A DNA stretch of 32,000 nt from Pasteurella multocida (GCF_900187275.1 NZ_LT906458.1:2190001-2222000), one strand, 5' to 3'; positions 1-11,837 are shown, counted from the stretch's first letter. Notes: a model not told the origin generated them from the letters alone. Numbers and translations: made by a program.

Positions 1-1
1 T

Positions 2-91
2 TCGATCGCTAATCAATATCAAATTATTGTAGGTCCTAAATGGGTAGAAAAAATTTATAGCGAAATGAAAGCGTTATTAGAAACAGAATAG
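2..91 (+). CDS. C-terminal fragment of an unidentified protein (...[29 protein letters not shown]), truncated by the window edge
   Basis: Open frame from base 2 to a TAG stop at 89-91, just upstream of talB; too short to identify. Confidence 0.4.
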   Translation, partial: SIANQYQIIVGPKWVEKIYSEMKALLETE

Positions 92-108
92 ATGATAGGG
101 AGAAGAGC

Positions 109-1059
109 ATGACACAATTAGATTCATTACGCAGTATGACGGTTGTTGTCGCAGATACTGGTGATATTGAAGCAATTAAGCAATATCAGCCACAAGATGC
201 AACAACAAATCCTTCTTTGATTTTAAGTGCTTCTGCATTGCCCCAGTATGCGCCATTAATTGATGACGCCATTGCTTATGCGAAAACAAAAAGTGATTGT
301 CCACGCCAGCAATTGGTTGATGCTGAAGATAAACTGGCCGTTAATATCGGCTTAGAAATACTCAAAATTATCCCCGGACGGATTTCTACAGAAGTCGATG
401 CAAGGCTTTCGTATGATACACAAGCGACTATTGAGAAAGCGCGTAAATTGATCAAGCTTTATAATGAAGCGGGAATAGAGAATCATCGGATCCTCATCAA
501 AATTGCTTCAACTTGGCAAGGTATTCGAGCTGCAGAAGTGCTTGAGAAAGAAGGAATTAATTGTAACTTGACGTTGTTATTTTCTGAAGCACAAGCGAGA
601 GCTTGTGCTGAAGCTGGTGTGTATTTAATTTCGCCGTTTGTAGGGCGAATTTTAGATTGGTATAAAGCAAATACGGGCAGACAAGATTATCCGGCTGCGG
701 AAGATCCAGGTGTGATTTCCGTGACTCAAATTTATAATTATTATAAACAACATAATTATAAGACGGTTGTCATGGGCGCAAGTTTCCGAAATGTAGATGA
801 AATTATTGAGTTAGCAGGATGTGATCGTTTGACGATTTCACCTACTTTATTGAGTCATTTACAAGCAAGAGAAGGGGAACTTGTTCGTAAGTTAGCATTC
901 AGCGGCGAGTTAAAAGACAGACCTCAACCTTTAACAGAGAGCGAGTTTTATTGGCAACATAACAGCGATCCAATGGCTGTTGCAAAATTAGCAGAAGGCA
1001 TTTGTAAATTTGCAGAAGATCAAGAAAAACTAGAAAAAATGCTCTTGGAAAGACTATAA
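109..1059 (+). CDS. talB: Transaldolase
   Basis: 316 aa ORF with typical transaldolase sequence ([62 protein letters not shown]). Confidence 0.96.
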   Translation: MTQLDSLRSMTVVVADTGDIEAIKQYQPQDATTNPSLILSASALPQYAPLIDDAIAYAKTKSDCPRQQLVDAEDKLAVNIGLEILKIIPGRISTEVDARLSYDTQATIEKARKLIKLYNEAGIENHRILIKIASTWQGIRAAEVLEKEGINCNLTLLFSEAQARACAEAGVYLISPFVGRILDWYKANTGRQDYPAAEDPGVISVTQIYNYYKQHNYKTVVMGASFRNVDEIIELAGCDRLTISPTLLSHLQAREGELVRKLAFSGELKDRPQPLTESEFYWQHNSDPMAVAKLAEGICKFAEDQEKLEKMLLERL

Positions 1060-1086
1060 CATGTTGAATAAGAGGGAGTAATCACT

Positions 1087-3093
1087 ATGGCAACACGTAG
1101 AGAACTGGCCAATGCCATTCGTTTTTTAAGTATGGATGCAGTGCAAAAAGCAAAATCAGGGCATCCAGGTGCACCGATGGGGATGGCAGATATTGCAGAA
1201 GTCTTATGGCGTGACTTTTTAAAACATAACCCAAGCAATCCACACTGGGCCGATCGCGACCGTTTCATTTTATCCAATGGTCATGGTTCAATGCTGATTT
1301 ACAGTTTATTACATTTAAGTGGTTATGACCTTTCTATTGAAGATTTAAAACAATTCCGTCAATTACATTCCAAAACACCGGGACACCCAGAATATGGTTA
1401 TGCGCCGGGTGTTGAAACCACAACAGGACCATTAGGTCAAGGGATTACGAACGCAGTGGGTTTTGCGATTGCGGAGAAAACCCTTGCCCATCAATTTAAC
1501 CGTCCAGGTCATGAAATTGTTGACCACCACACCTATGTGTTCTTAGGCGATGGTTGTTTAATGGAAGGGATTTCTCATGAAGCTTGTTCTTTAGCGGGTA
1601 CTCTAGGGTTAGGTAAACTAATTGCCTTCTATGACGACAACAATATCTCAATTGATGGTCATGTGGACGGTTGGTTCACTGATGATACGCAAAAACGGTT
1701 TGAGGCCTATGGTTGGCATGTGATTCCTGCGGTAGATGGTCATAATCCAGAACAAATTCTTGAGGCGGTGAAACAAGCCCAAGCGGAGACAACCAAACCA
1801 ACGCTCATTATTTGTAAAACCATTATCGGTTATGGTTCACCGAATAAAGCCAACTCACACGATTGTCATGGTGCTCCATTAGGTGATGATGAAATTGCGG
1901 CAGCACGTGAATTCTTAAAATGGGAGCATGCCCCGTTTGAAATTCCTGCGGAGATTTATGCACAGTGGGATGCGAAAGAAAAAGGTCAAGTTGCTGAAAA
2001 AGCGTGGGAAGAAAAATTGGCAGCTTATGCCAAAGCTTACCCAGAATTAGCGGCGGAATTTACCCGTCGTGTGAATGCGGAGCTACCGGCAAACTGGGCG
2101 GCAGAATCACAAGCCTTTATTGAACATTTACAAGCGAATCCGGCGAGCATTGCCAGCCGTAAAGCGTCACAAAATGCAATTGAAGCCTATGCTAAATTAT
2201 TACCGGAGTTTTTAGGTGGGTCAGCGGATTTAGCCAGCTCAAACTTAACCCTCTGGTCAGGTTCCAAACCAATCCGTGCAGTAGAAAATGCCGATGGTAA
2301 CTACATCAACTACGGTGTGCGTGAGTTTGGTATGTCGGCGATTATGAATGGTATTGCGTTACATGGTGGTTTCATTCCTTATGGTGCCACTTTCTTGATG
2401 TTTATGGAATATGCACACAATGCGGTGCGTATGGCGGCATTAATGAAACAACGTTCATTATTTGTTTACACCCACGACTCTATTGGGCTTGGTGAAGACG
2501 GTCCAACTCACCAACCGGTTGAACAAACGTCTGCTTTACGTTTAATTCCAAATTTGGAAACATGGCGTCCATGTGACCAAGTGGAATCGGCGGTGGCGTG
2601 GAAAGCGGCGGTGGAACGTAAAGAGGGACCTAGTGCGTTAATTTTTACTCGTCAAAATCTTGCGCAAATGGACCGCACTGCTGAGCAGTTAGCCAATGTG
2701 GCACGTGGTGGTTATGTATTACGTCACTGCTGTGAAAACCAAACTTGCCCAGATTTAATCTTGATTGCGACCGGTTCTGAGGTGGAATTGGCGATGAAAG
2801 CAGCGGATGTTTTAGATGCAGAAGGGGTAAAAGTGCGTGTTGTCTCTATGCCGAGCACCAATGTGTTTGATAAACAAGATGCGGCTTACCGTGAAAGCGT
2901 GTTACCAAGCCACATAACAAAACGTGTTGCGATTGAAGCGGGTATTGCGGACTTCTGGTACAAATATGTGGGCTTTGAGGGACGTGTTGTGGGGATGAAC
3001 AGTTTTGGTGAATCCGCACCAGCTGACCAATTGTTCAAACTCTTTGGTTTTACGGTCGAGAATATAGTCGAAAAAGCAAAAGCGATTTTATAA
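1087..3093 (+). CDS. tktA: Transketolase
   Basis: 668 aa ORF; conserved transketolase N-terminus ([38 protein letters not shown]), the TPP motif region [18 protein letters not shown], and a C-terminal domain. Confidence 0.97.
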   Translation: MATRRELANAIRFLSMDAVQKAKSGHPGAPMGMADIAEVLWRDFLKHNPSNPHWADRDRFILSNGHGSMLIYSLLHLSGYDLSIEDLKQFRQLHSKTPGHPEYGYAPGVETTTGPLGQGITNAVGFAIAEKTLAHQFNRPGHEIVDHHTYVFLGDGCLMEGISHEACSLAGTLGLGKLIAFYDDNNISIDGHVDGWFTDDTQKRFEAYGWHVIPAVDGHNPEQILEAVKQAQAETTKPTLIICKTIIGYGSPNKANSHDCHGAPLGDDEIAAAREFLKWEHAPFEIPAEIYAQWDAKEKGQVAEKAWEEKLAAYAKAYPELAAEFTRRVNAELPANWAAESQAFIEHLQANPASIASRKASQNAIEAYAKLLPEFLGGSADLASSNLTLWSGSKPIRAVENADGNYINYGVREFGMSAIMNGIALHGGFIPYGATFLMFMEYAHNAVRMAALMKQRSLFVYTHDSIGLGEDGPTHQPVEQTSALRLIPNLETWRPCDQVESAVAWKAAVERKEGPSALIFTRQNLAQMDRTAEQLANVARGGYVLRHCCENQTCPDLILIATGSEVELAMKAADVLDAEGVKVRVVSMPSTNVFDKQDAAYRESVLPSHITKRVAIEAGIADFWYKYVGFEGRVVGMNSFGESAPADQLFKLFGFTVENIVEKAKAIL

Positions 3094-3115
3094 TTCACAT
3101 TATGTGCTTAAATGA

Positions 3116-3141
3116 AAAGCCACTCGCTGACGAGTGGCTTT
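3116..3141. terminator. Bidirectional intrinsic terminator between convergent tktA and rpoD
   Basis: Perfect 11-bp stem AAAGCCACTCG-CTGA-CGAGTGGCTTT with A/T flanks. Confidence 0.85.
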
Positions 3142-3188
3142 GATTGAATAGACTGGGAATAAATGAGATGCGTTTCTCTTGGTTTCCA

Positions 3189-5057
3189 TTATTCGTCTAA
3201 GAAACTACGTAAAGTTTCAGAACGGCTAGGGTGACGTAATTTACGTAAGGCTTTCGCTTCGATTTGACGAATACGCTCACGTGTGACATCAAATTGTTTA
3301 CCTACTTCTTCTAAAGTATGATCTGTGTTCATATCTATACCAAAGCGCATACGGAGTACTTTCGCTTCACGTGGGGTTAGCCCTTCTAATACTTCGTGTG
3401 TCGCCACTTTCAAGCTTTGTGCTGTGGCAGAGTCTAATGGTAACTCAAGAGTTGAGTCTTCGATAAAATCACCTAAATGTGAATCATCGTCATCACCAAT
3501 AGGCGTTTCCATAGAAATCGGCTCTTTGGCAATTTTCAAGACCTTACGGATTTTATCTTCTGGCATTCCCATACGTTCTGCTAACTCTTCTGGAGATGCC
3601 TCACGCCCCATTTCTTGTAGCATTTGACGTGAAATGCGATTTAATTTATTAATCGTTTCAATCATATGGACAGGGATACGAATCGTTCTTGCTTGGTCTG
3701 CAATAGAGCGTGTGATCGCTTGGCGGATCCACCAAGTCGCATAAGTGGAGAATTTGTAACCACGACGGTATTCAAATTTATCCACTGCTTTCATAAGACC
3801 AATGTTTCCTTCTTGGATTAAGTCTAAGAATTGTAAGCCTCGGTTCGTGTATTTTTTAGCGATAGAAATCACAAGACGTAAGTTGGCTTCCACCATTTCT
3901 TTTTTCGCACGGCGCGCTTTGAGTTCGCCGGCAGAAATCCGTTCACAGACTTCGCGGATTTGCGAAACGGTTAAATTGGTTTGACGTTCAATTTCCAGAA
4001 TATTATCAATGTAATAACGAATTTCTTCTTCATGTTTCGCTAATTTTTCAGACCAAGTTTTGCCTGATGATAGTGCTTTAACTAACCAAGTATCTTTGTT
4101 TTCATGCCCAATAAAGACTTTTTGGAATTGCTCTTTTGGCATTTTGGCCTTATCTACCACAATTTTTTGAATGCTACGCTCTTGTAAACGAACTGATTTC
4201 ATCATATTGCTCATTAAATTGACTAGCGTATCAAATTGTTTTGGCACCAAACGGAATTGGGTAAAGACATCTGCTAAGGCTTGGATTTGATCTTTTGATT
4301 TTTTGCTGGTGCGACCGTGTTTTTCGATCATCGCAACCGCTTTGGCGTGTTGTGTCTTGAGTTCTAGAAACTTCTCACGCGCCACTTCTGGATCGATGGA
4401 ATTGTCTGAATCACTATCGTCTGTCGTGCTTTCTTCTTCGCTTTCTTCTTCCTCTTCCTCTTCTTCATTGAGTGTAGCACTTACAGAATCGCTGTCTTCG
4501 TCTTCATCAAAAGTGTCTTCAATTTCTGCAACATCGCCTTCTGTCATCGCATTTGGATCAACAAAGCCAGTGATTAAGTCAGCTAAACGGACGCCACCTT
4601 CTTCGACTAATGCGTATTGATCAAGTAGATAAGAAATTGCTTCTGGGTAAAAGGCAATCGCACTTTGAACTTCATTAATCCCTTCTTCAATGCGTTTTGC
4701 AATGTCGATTTCGCCTTCGCGGGTAAGTAGTTCAACACTGCCCATTTCACGCATATACATGCGCACAGGATCGGTTGTACGTCCAATTTCTGCTTCAACG
4801 CTTGATAATACTTGCGTCGCTTCTTCAACCGCATCTTCATCAGCAATCGTTTCATTTAACATCAGATCATCAGCATCAGGTGCACTTTCAAGTACTTGAA
4901 TCCCCATGTCATTGATCATCTGAATAATATCTTCAATTTGTTCAGCATCAACAAGTTCTTCTGGCAAGTGGTCATTGACCTCTGCGTAAGTAAGATAACC
5001 TTGTTCTTTGCCTTGTGCGATTAACAATTTCAATTGAGATTGTGGATTTTGATCCAT
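3189..5057 (-). CDS. rpoD: RNA polymerase sigma-70 factor RpoD
   Basis: 622 aa ORF; region 2 sequence ([42 protein letters not shown]) and region 4 ([16 protein letters not shown]...[42 protein letters not shown]). Confidence 0.98.
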   Translation of the reverse strand: MDQNPQSQLKLLIAQGKEQGYLTYAEVNDHLPEELVDAEQIEDIIQMINDMGIQVLESAPDADDLMLNETIADEDAVEEATQVLSSVEAEIGRTTDPVRMYMREMGSVELLTREGEIDIAKRIEEGINEVQSAIAFYPEAISYLLDQYALVEEGGVRLADLITGFVDPNAMTEGDVAEIEDTFDEDEDSDSVSATLNEEEEEEEESEEESTTDDSDSDNSIDPEVAREKFLELKTQHAKAVAMIEKHGRTSKKSKDQIQALADVFTQFRLVPKQFDTLVNLMSNMMKSVRLQERSIQKIVVDKAKMPKEQFQKVFIGHENKDTWLVKALSSGKTWSEKLAKHEEEIRYYIDNILEIERQTNLTVSQIREVCERISAGELKARRAKKEMVEANLRLVISIAKKYTNRGLQFLDLIQEGNIGLMKAVDKFEYRRGYKFSTYATWWIRQAITRSIADQARTIRIPVHMIETINKLNRISRQMLQEMGREASPEELAERMGMPEDKIRKVLKIAKEPISMETPIGDDDDSHLGDFIEDSTLELPLDSATAQSLKVATHEVLEGLTPREAKVLRMRFGIDMNTDHTLEEVGKQFDVTRERIRQIEAKALRKLRHPSRSETLRSFLDE

Positions 5058-5132
5058 AATGTAATATCCGCCTTGCTTGAGTAGTTATGAAGATAAAATA
5101 CGCCTGATTTTATCACTGTTATGCTAGATTAA

Positions 5133-6884
5133 CTATGCCTTTTGTTGTTTTTTCACTAATAATTGTGTCAACTTTTTCCGCTCATTCATATTTAGCCCTT
5201 CTGAGCGATCTTTGGCAATCAGTAAATCGATTTCATGTTCAATAAGTTGAAAGTACAAATAGCGTAGCGTGCTTTTGAATGTTTCTTCAATTTGTGTGTC
5301 TTCTACTAAATGATTCCAACTTGCTAAAATTTCAAGGGCTTTGCTGTGTTCAGTATCACGCCAATATTCAAGTATTTGACCGGTAGTAATGCCCACTTTT
5401 TCTTGACAAAGTGCGGTCAGTTTTTCCAATAAATCCAGCCCTGGTTCATTCAGTGTTCGTAAGGGAGATAAGTCTGGTACCAATTGGGCTAATTCTGGAT
5501 TTTGCAATAACAGACCAATTAATACACGCATTGGCGTTCTTTTGACCGGTTGAGGCGAGGCTGTTATTTTCATTTCAGAATAGCTTGGAATCAGACTTTC
5601 CAATTGGGCTTGGTCTAAAATGCCGAGTTTTTGCGCGAGCGTATTGCGTAGAGATAAGCGTAACATATCGCCAGGGATTTTTTTGATTAATGGCACTGCC
5701 AATGCGGCTAATTTTGTTTTCCCTTCTTTACTGGAAAAATCCACTTGTGGCGCGAGGCTAGTGAATAAAAACTCACTCAGCGAGAGGGCTTTTTGCATAT
5801 ATTGTTCAAAGCCGGCTTTTCCATGCTGACGAATAAATGAATCAGGGTCTTCACCATCAGGCAGAAAAACAAATTTTAATTGACGCCCGTCTTCTAAATA
5901 AGGAAGGGCATTTTCAAACGCTCGCCAAGCTGCTTCTCGTCCCGCGCGATCCCCATCATAACAACAAATTGCTTGTTCCGTAGAACGAAACAGGAGTTGA
6001 ATTTGTTCTGCGGTAGTCGCTGTTCCGAGTGAGGCAACGGCATAATCAACACCAAATTGTGCTAATGCCACCACATCCATGTAACCTTCCACAACCAGTA
6101 ACATCTCTGGTGATTCATTGGCTTGTAAGGCTTCATATAAACCATATAGTTCATTTCCTTTATGGTAGGTCGCGCTTTCTGGTGAGTTTAAATATTTAGG
6201 TTTTTCATCACCAAGCACGCGTCCGCCAAACGCAATGGTTCTGCCACGTCGATCGCGAATCGGGAACATGATCCGATGACGGAAGCGATCGTAGATCTTG
6301 CCTTGCTCGCTACGGGAAAGCATACCAAGATCGAAGAGTTTTTGTTGATCTTCTTTCTGTTGCCCAAAACGTTGTAAAACTGCATCAAAACTATTCGGTA
6401 CGAAACCAATTTGAAAACGAGAAATCACCTCAGGAGACAAACCGCGTTGTTGTAAATAACTTTGTGCAGGAATATGTTGTGCGAGTTGTTGTTGATAGAA
6501 TTGGGCAATTTCTTGCATCAATTCATATAAATTACGCTTAGTTTGCAGATTAATTTGTTTGCCATGAAAGTGCGGTTTATTTTCACGCGGAATCTCTAAA
6601 CCGAGCATGCCTGCTAATTCTTCAATGGCTTCGACGAATTCAAGTTTGTCATATTCCATTAAAAACGAGATTGCATTACCGTGTGCACCACAGCCAAAGC
6701 AATGATAAAACTGTTTTTTTTGACTAACCGTAAAAGAAGGCGTCTTTTCGTGATGGAATGGACAGCAAGCTTGGTAATCTCGCCCTGCTTTTTTGAGCTT
6801 CACTCTTGAATTGACAAGCTCCACAATATCTGTCTTGGCTAACAGATCATCAATAAATGTGCGTGGAATTGAGCCTTTCATCAA
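5133..6884 (-). CDS. dnaG: DNA primase
   Basis: 583 aa ORF; zinc-binding N-terminus (CPFHHEKTPSFTVSQKKQFYHCFGCGAHGNAISFLM) and TOPRIM motif (VVEGYMDVVALAQFGVDYAVASLGTA), flanked by rpsU and rpoD as in the MMS operon. Confidence 0.98.
   Translation of the reverse strand: MMKGSIPRTFIDDLLAKTDIVELVNSRVKLKKAGRDYQACCPFHHEKTPSFTVSQKKQFYHCFGCGAHGNAISFLMEYDKLEFVEAIEELAGMLGLEIPRENKPHFHGKQINLQTKRNLYELMQEIAQFYQQQLAQHIPAQSYLQQRGLSPEVISRFQIGFVPNSFDAVLQRFGQQKEDQQKLFDLGMLSRSEQGKIYDRFRHRIMFPIRDRRGRTIAFGGRVLGDEKPKYLNSPESATYHKGNELYGLYEALQANESPEMLLVVEGYMDVVALAQFGVDYAVASLGTATTAEQIQLLFRSTEQAICCYDGDRAGREAAWRAFENALPYLEDGRQLKFVFLPDGEDPDSFIRQHGKAGFEQYMQKALSLSEFLFTSLAPQVDFSSKEGKTKLAALAVPLIKKIPGDMLRLSLRNTLAQKLGILDQAQLESLIPSYSEMKITASPQPVKRTPMRVLIGLLLQNPELAQLVPDLSPLRTLNEPGLDLLEKLTALCQEKVGITTGQILEYWRDTEHSKALEILASWNHLVEDTQIEETFKSTLRYLYFQLIEHEIDLLIAKDRSEGLNMNERKKLTQLLVKKQQKA
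5409..5417 (+). repeat. DNA uptake signal sequence (Hin-type USS core)
   Basis: Perfect AAGTGCGGT, within dnaG. Confidence 0.8.
6568..6576 (+). repeat. DNA uptake signal sequence (Hin-type USS core)
   Basis: Perfect AAGTGCGGT, within dnaG. Confidence 0.8.
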
Positions 6885-6930
6885 GTATATGCCCCTGCTT
6901 TAACATAAAAATATGGCGCGATTGAATGAA

Positions 6931-6965
6931 ACAAAACCGTGATACCTATCGGCTTCACGGTTTGT
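6931..6965 (-). terminator. Intrinsic terminator/attenuator between rpsU and dnaG (- strand)
   Basis: On the - strand: AACCGTGA-AGCCGATAGGTA-TCACGGTTTTGTTT, a GC-containing stem followed by a T-rich tract. Confidence 0.7.
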
Positions 6966-6996
6966 ATAACTCGAGTTTTTAAATACGTATTTCGTA

Positions 6997-7212
6997 TTAG
7001 TATAAGCGTGTATTACGTGCGTTTTCACGTGCAACACGTTTTGCGTGACGTTTAGCACGAGTCGCGTTTTCACGTTTACGGATTGTAGTTGGTTTTTCGT
7101 AGAACTCACGGCTGCGAACTTCTGCTAAGATACCAGCTTTTTCGCAAGAGCGTTTAAAACGACGTAATGCAACGTCAAATGATTCGTTTTCACGTACTTT
7201 AATTACAGGCAT
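6997..7212 (-). CDS. rpsU: 30S ribosomal protein S21
   Basis: 71 aa, [47 protein letters not shown]..., a canonical S21 sequence. Confidence 0.98.
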
Positions 7213-7430
7213 AAGCCAATCACCTCAATGGAATTAATTTTGCAATTGCTAATTTATTTTACCGTTTGGAATAAACGGCTTATTCAATAAAGGTCGCAAT
7301 TTTAATCTACTTTTCACGGAAAAGCAAAGGGAAGTTTGATCTTTTGTGTAAAAATGCGCTGTCAAACTGGTGAAAGCGTGTTAAACAAGGTAAAATTCTG
7401 CCCCAATAATAATGACAAAGGAAGAGCAAA

Positions 7431-8462
7431 ATGCGCGTGTTAGGCATTGAAACCTCCTGTGATGAAACAGGGGTCGCGATTTATGATGAAGAAAAAGGTT
7501 TAGTGGCAAACCAGTTATACACACAAATTGCCTTACATGCTGATTACGGCGGGGTCGTGCCCGAATTAGCGTCGCGCGATCATATTCGAAAAACCGCTCC
7601 TTTGATCCAAGCGGCGTTAGCACAAGCTAATTTAACGCCCGACGAGATCGATGGGATCGCGTATACCTCTGGTCCAGGCTTAGTCGGTGCATTATTAGTG
7701 GGATCCACTATTGCACGCTCTTTAGCTTATGCTTGGAATGTGCCAGCTATTGGTGTACACCATATGGAAGGGCATTTGCTAGCACCAATGTTGGAAGATA
7801 ATCCACCAACATTCCCTTTTGTTGCGTTATTAGTCTCAGGGGGACACACGCAATTAGTCCGTGTCGATGGCGTAGGACGTTATCAGTTACTGGGTGAATC
7901 GATTGATGATGCGGCAGGCGAAGCCTTTGATAAAACAGCGAAATTATTAGGCTTAGATTATCCGGGTGGTGCTGCGTTGGCGCGTTTGGCGGAAAAAGGT
8001 GATCCTAAACGTTTTAAGTTTCCACGTCCGATGACGGATCGTCCAGGTTTGGATTTTAGTTTCTCCGGTTTAAAAACCTTTGCTGCCAATACACTGCAGC
8101 AAGCGATAAAAGAAGAAGGGGAATTAACCGAACAAACCAAAGCAGATATTGCCTATGCTTTCCAACAAGCTGTGGTTGAAACTTTAGTGATTAAATGCCG
8201 CCGTGCGTTAAAGGAAACGGGATTTAACCGCCTCGTGATTGCGGGGGGGGTAAGCGCAAATAAGCAACTTCGTCAGGATTTAGCACAGTTAATGCAACAG
8301 TTAAAAGGGGAAGTATTTTATCCACAACCACAATTTTGTACCGATAATGGAGCCATGATTGCCTATACTGGTTTTTTACGTTTAAAACAAGGGGAGTCAC
8401 AACCGCTTGCGATTCAGGTAAAACCGCGTTGGGCGATGACTGAGCTTTCTGCGATTGATTAA
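7431..8462 (+). CDS. tsaD: tRNA N6-adenosine threonylcarbamoyltransferase TsaD
   Basis: 343 aa; [36 protein letters not shown] and SGGHTQLV motifs; divergent from rpsU. Confidence 0.97.
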   Translation: MRVLGIETSCDETGVAIYDEEKGLVANQLYTQIALHADYGGVVPELASRDHIRKTAPLIQAALAQANLTPDEIDGIAYTSGPGLVGALLVGSTIARSLAYAWNVPAIGVHHMEGHLLAPMLEDNPPTFPFVALLVSGGHTQLVRVDGVGRYQLLGESIDDAAGEAFDKTAKLLGLDYPGGAALARLAEKGDPKRFKFPRPMTDRPGLDFSFSGLKTFAANTLQQAIKEEGELTEQTKADIAYAFQQAVVETLVIKCRRALKETGFNRLVIAGGVSANKQLRQDLAQLMQQLKGEVFYPQPQFCTDNGAMIAYTGFLRLKQGESQPLAIQVKPRWAMTELSAID

Positions 8463-8482
8463 TATTTAACAAGGAAATCACC

Positions 8483-8719
8483 ATGAGTGAACAGCTAAAA
8501 ATAAAAGCCATGCGTGCAGCAGGTGTGGGTTGTGTCTTAATGTTAATGATAATTGCCTTAGTGGTGTTTATGCTCCCAACGGGCATATTAATTGATTATT
8601 TAACGCTAGCGGGTTCTTGGGTCGGTGGTGGAACCACTTTTGGTATTTTAATGTTGGCAGCCTTACCCCCTCTAACAGGCGCTATTTTTTATTATTTTTG
8701 GAAATGGGTATTAAAGTAA
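8483..8719 (+). CDS. Small hypothetical membrane protein (78 aa)
   Basis: Tightly packed between tsaD and tdk; an upstream AAGGAA near the start resembles an RBS; two hydrophobic segments ([22 protein letters not shown] and [23 protein letters not shown]). Confidence 0.75.
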   Translation: MSEQLKIKAMRAAGVGCVLMLMIIALVVFMLPTGILIDYLTLAGSWVGGGTTFGILMLAALPPLTGAIFYYFWKWVLK

Positions 8720-8720
8720 G

Positions 8721-9299
8721 ATGGCAAAACTTTATTTTTATTATTCAACGATGAATGCGGGGAAATCCACCACCTTATTACAATCGTCCTATAACTACCA
8801 AGAACGCGACATGAATACCTTAGTCTATACGGCAGCCATTGATGATCGGTTTGGTGTGGGAAAAGTAACCTCACGTATTGGGATTAGCCAAGAGGCACAA
8901 CTGTTTCATAAAGAAAGTGATCTTTTTGTTGAAATTGCACAACATCTTCAACAACAACCTTTACATTGTATTTTAGTCGATGAGGCGCAATTTTTAACCA
9001 AAACACAAGTGTATCAGCTTAGCGAAGTGGTGGATAAATTAAAGATTCCTGTGCTGTGTTACGGTTTACGCACAGATTTCCAAGCAGAATTGTTCGAGGG
9101 AAGTAAGTACCTTTTAGCGTGGGCAGATCAATTAGAAGAGCTCAAAACCATTTGTTATTGCGGACGTAAAGCAAACTTTGTATTACGTTTAAATGACAAA
9201 GGGGAGGTTGTACGTGACGGTGCGCAAATTCAAATCGGTGGGAATGACAGTTATCTGTCGGTTTGTCGTTTACATTACAAAGAGAAGATTGCTCTTTAA
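8721..9299 (+). CDS. tdk: Thymidine kinase
   Basis: 192 aa; [24 protein letters not shown]-type P-loop, [15 protein letters not shown], and a zinc-site-like [12 protein letters not shown]. Confidence 0.95.
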   Translation: MAKLYFYYSTMNAGKSTTLLQSSYNYQERDMNTLVYTAAIDDRFGVGKVTSRIGISQEAQLFHKESDLFVEIAQHLQQQPLHCILVDEAQFLTKTQVYQLSEVVDKLKIPVLCYGLRTDFQAELFEGSKYLLAWADQLEELKTICYCGRKANFVLRLNDKGEVVRDGAQIQIGGNDSYLSVCRLHYKEKIAL

Positions 9300-9315
9300 G
9301 CGTATTGACGCTGAA

Positions 9316-9324
9316 AAGTGCGGT
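9316..9324 (+). repeat. DNA uptake signal sequence (Hin-type USS core)
   Basis: AAGTGCGGT followed by an AT-rich stretch, intergenic tdk/gor. Confidence 0.85.
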
Positions 9325-9349
9325 CATTTTTAACGAAGTTTTGTCAGAG

Positions 9350-9376
9350 AAAAGGCGGAAAATCACTCCGCCTTTT
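9350..9376. terminator. Bidirectional terminator between convergent tdk and gor
   Basis: Perfect AAAAGGCGGA-AAATCAC-TCCGCCTTTT hairpin. Confidence 0.85.
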
Positions 9377-9386
9377 GGTGCACTGA

Positions 9387-10742
9387 TTAACGCATCGTCA
9401 CAAATTCTTCTGACCCTGTTGGGTGAATTGCCACGGTATTATCGAAATCTGCTTTAGTGGCGCCCATTTTGATTGCCACAGCAAAACCTTGGATCATTTC
9501 ATCGACACCAAAACCGATACCATGTAAGCCGACGATTTTCTCTTCTTTGCCGACACAAACTAATTTCATGCGACAAGGCTGACGGCGTTGCGTCACGGCA
9601 CTGTACATTGGCGTGAAAGAGGATTTATACACTTTCACATTTTCTTCACCGTATTGCTCAATCGCTTTGGGTTCAGTTAAACCAATGGTGCCGATAGGAG
9701 GGTGGCTGAATACTACGGTTGGCACCAGATTGTAATCTAAATGCTCATTGGGCTTGTTGTTAAATAAACGCTCAGATAAACGACGTCCAGCAGCCACGGC
9801 AACTGGAGTGAGTTCAATTCCCCCTTCAATAATGTCACCCACCGCATAGATACCTTCCACATTGGTGTTTTGGTATTTATCCACTTTAACAAAACCACGT
9901 GCGTTGGTTTCCACTCCGCTTGCTTCAAGGTTAATGGTATCGGTAGCTGGATGGCGACCTATTGCCCAGATCAAACAATCCACCTCTTGGCTACGTCCAT
10001 CTTCGAGTTTAATCGTGAGTGAACCATCCGCATTTTTCACTACTTCTTGGGGGATCGCTTGAGTATGTAATTGAATGCCATCTTGTTGAATCACTTCTAA
10101 TAGGGTATCTACGATTAAGGGATCGAAGTGACGCAATGGGGCGTGTTGACGCACAAATAAATGGGTTTTTACACCAAAGCTATTCATCACACCGGCAAGT
10201 TCAACCGCAATGTAGCCGGCACCGACTACTGCAACACGTTTTGGTAATTCGGATAAGGCAAAGACGCCATCTGAATCAATGCCATATTCTGCGCCAGGAA
10301 TGGCAGGACGACTTGGGCGTCCACCAGTGGCAATCAGAATATGATCGGCGGTAATGTGTTCACCATTGACTTCAACGGTATTGGCATTCACAAATTTTGC
10401 AAAGCCTTGAATAACATCCACATTATTTTTGGCTAACACGTTGTGATAAGAGGTGTGAATGCGGCTAATATAGGCTTGACGACTTTCTACCAGTTTGGCG
10501 AAATCAAATTTATTCACTTGCAGATCAAAACCATAATCTGGCGCATACTGATGAATGGCTTCGGCAATTTGTGCGCCATACCACATGACTTTTTTTGGTA
10601 CACACCCGACATTCACACAGGTGCCCCCTAACGCTTTTGCTTCAATAATGGCACATTTCTTGCCGTAGCTTGCTGCACGGTTAATAGAAGCAATTCCGCC
10701 ACTGCCGCCACCAATCGCCAGATAATCATAATGTTTTGTCAT
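9387..10742 (-). CDS. gor: Glutathione-disulfide reductase
   Basis: Begins [27 protein letters not shown]; contains redox motif [16 protein letters not shown] and C-terminal [12 protein letters not shown]. The track ORF starts 6 codons further upstream (10760). Confidence 0.96.
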   Translation of the reverse strand: MTKHYDYLAIGGGSGGIASINRAASYGKKCAIIEAKALGGTCVNVGCVPKKVMWYGAQIAEAIHQYAPDYGFDLQVNKFDFAKLVESRQAYISRIHTSYHNVLAKNNVDVIQGFAKFVNANTVEVNGEHITADHILIATGGRPSRPAIPGAEYGIDSDGVFALSELPKRVAVVGAGYIAVELAGVMNSFGVKTHLFVRQHAPLRHFDPLIVDTLLEVIQQDGIQLHTQAIPQEVVKNADGSLTIKLEDGRSQEVDCLIWAIGRHPATDTINLEASGVETNARGFVKVDKYQNTNVEGIYAVGDIIEGGIELTPVAVAAGRRLSERLFNNKPNEHLDYNLVPTVVFSHPPIGTIGLTEPKAIEQYGEENVKVYKSSFTPMYSAVTQRRQPCRMKLVCVGKEEKIVGLHGIGFGVDEMIQGFAVAIKMGATKADFDNTVAIHPTGSEEFVTMR

Positions 10743-10838
10743 TGTCTTGTTCCTTTTCATTCAGGGGAGGATGATAAAAATCTGTACTCTTTTCCAACGC
10801 TACCTATCAAATACACGTTTTATGTTGTCGCTTTTATT

Positions 10839-11684
10839 TTACTCTGGGGTAATCCATTTTACTGTCCAGCTTCCCGTTCCTTCTGGAACCAGGACATCAG
10901 TTAAATAAGGTAAGATGTTTTGCATTTGCTGTGTTAATGTCCAAGGTGGATTAATAACAATCATTCCACTTGCCGTCATGCCACGTTGGTCACTGTCAGG
11001 ACGTACGGCAAGTTCAATTTGTAAGATCTTACGGATCCCAGTCTTTTCTAATCCTTTAAGGATACGTTTTGTTTGTTGACGTAGCACCACAGGGTACCAA
11101 ATGGCATAAATGCCAGTGGCAAAACGTTTGTAGCCTTCTTCAATCGCATTGACCACCAAGTCATAATCCTCTTTCAATTCATAAGGGGGATCGATAAGCA
11201 CCAAGCCACGTCGCTCTTTGGGAGGTAAGGTCGCTTTCAGTTGTTGAAAACCGTTATCGCGTTTCGTGGTGACATTGTCAAATTCTTTAAAATTATTCCG
11301 TAAGAGTGGGTAATCGCTAGGGTGCAACTCTGTGAGTAAAGCACGATCTTGTGGGCGTAACATCTTAGCCGCAATCAGCGGAGAACCCGCGTAATAACGT
11401 AATGCTTTGCCGCCATAATTGACTTGTTTAATTAATTTGATATAGCGAGCCACTTCCTCAGGTAGATCATCGCGTTGCCAAAGGCGAGCAATGCCTTGTT
11501 CAAATTCTGCGGTTTTTTCCGCCTCTTCACTAAATAAACGATAGCGTCCAACGCCGGCATGAGTATCTAAATAGTAAAAGCCTTTTTCTTTTTGTTGAAG
11601 ATTTTCGATAATTAGCATTAAAACAAGGTGTTTTAACACATCAGCATGGTTGCCCGCATGGAAACTGTGACGATAACTCAGCAT
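10839..11684 (-). CDS. rlmJ: 23S rRNA (adenine(2030)-N(6))-methyltransferase RlmJ
   Basis: MLSYRHSFHAGNHADVLKHLVLMLIIE... and catalytic-type motif GLVLIDPPYEL. The track ORF includes 7 extra upstream codons. Confidence 0.95.
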   Translation of the reverse strand: MLSYRHSFHAGNHADVLKHLVLMLIIENLQQKEKGFYYLDTHAGVGRYRLFSEEAEKTAEFEQGIARLWQRDDLPEEVARYIKLIKQVNYGGKALRYYAGSPLIAAKMLRPQDRALLTELHPSDYPLLRNNFKEFDNVTTKRDNGFQQLKATLPPKERRGLVLIDPPYELKEDYDLVVNAIEEGYKRFATGIYAIWYPVVLRQQTKRILKGLEKTGIRKILQIELAVRPDSDQRGMTASGMIVINPPWTLTQQMQNILPYLTDVLVPEGTGSWTVKWITPE

Positions 11685-11780
11685 AATAGCGCCTTTCAAA
11701 TACAAGTAAGTAAATCGGTATTATAAAGATTTTTTCATGAAGCGCTATTAAAGTTGTGAAACATGCAAGATGAGATGAAA

Positions 11781-11789
11781 AAGTGCGGT
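11781..11789 (+). repeat. DNA uptake signal sequence (Hin-type USS core)
   Basis: AAAAAGTGCGGTCAAATTAT, intergenic rlmJ/pdxT. Confidence 0.85.
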
Positions 11790-11811
11790 CAAATTATGAG
11801 ATTTTTTAAAA

Positions 11812-11837
11812 GAGGATGTGCGAGTGCTCACATCCTC
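11812..11837 (-). terminator. Terminator downstream of pdxT (- strand)
   Basis: GAGGATGTG...CACATCCTC, 9-bp stem; on the - strand it is followed by TTTT. Confidence 0.75.

Noticed and set aside
1020-1277. 85-aa minus-strand ORF over the talB/tktA junction, together with many similar antisense ORFs (for example 2886-3098, 4303-4620, 12547-12828, 17935-18306, 26743-27090, 30436-30744)
   Set aside because: They lie opposite clearly conserved genes, have low-complexity or implausible composition, and lack RBS or family resemblance; they are shadow ORFs.
5092-5114. AT-rich hairpin between dnaG and rpoD as an intrinsic terminator
   Set aside because: GATAAAAT/ATTTTATC has only two G-C pairs and no clear T-run, so it is too weak to call a terminator; mentioned only as a possible processing site.
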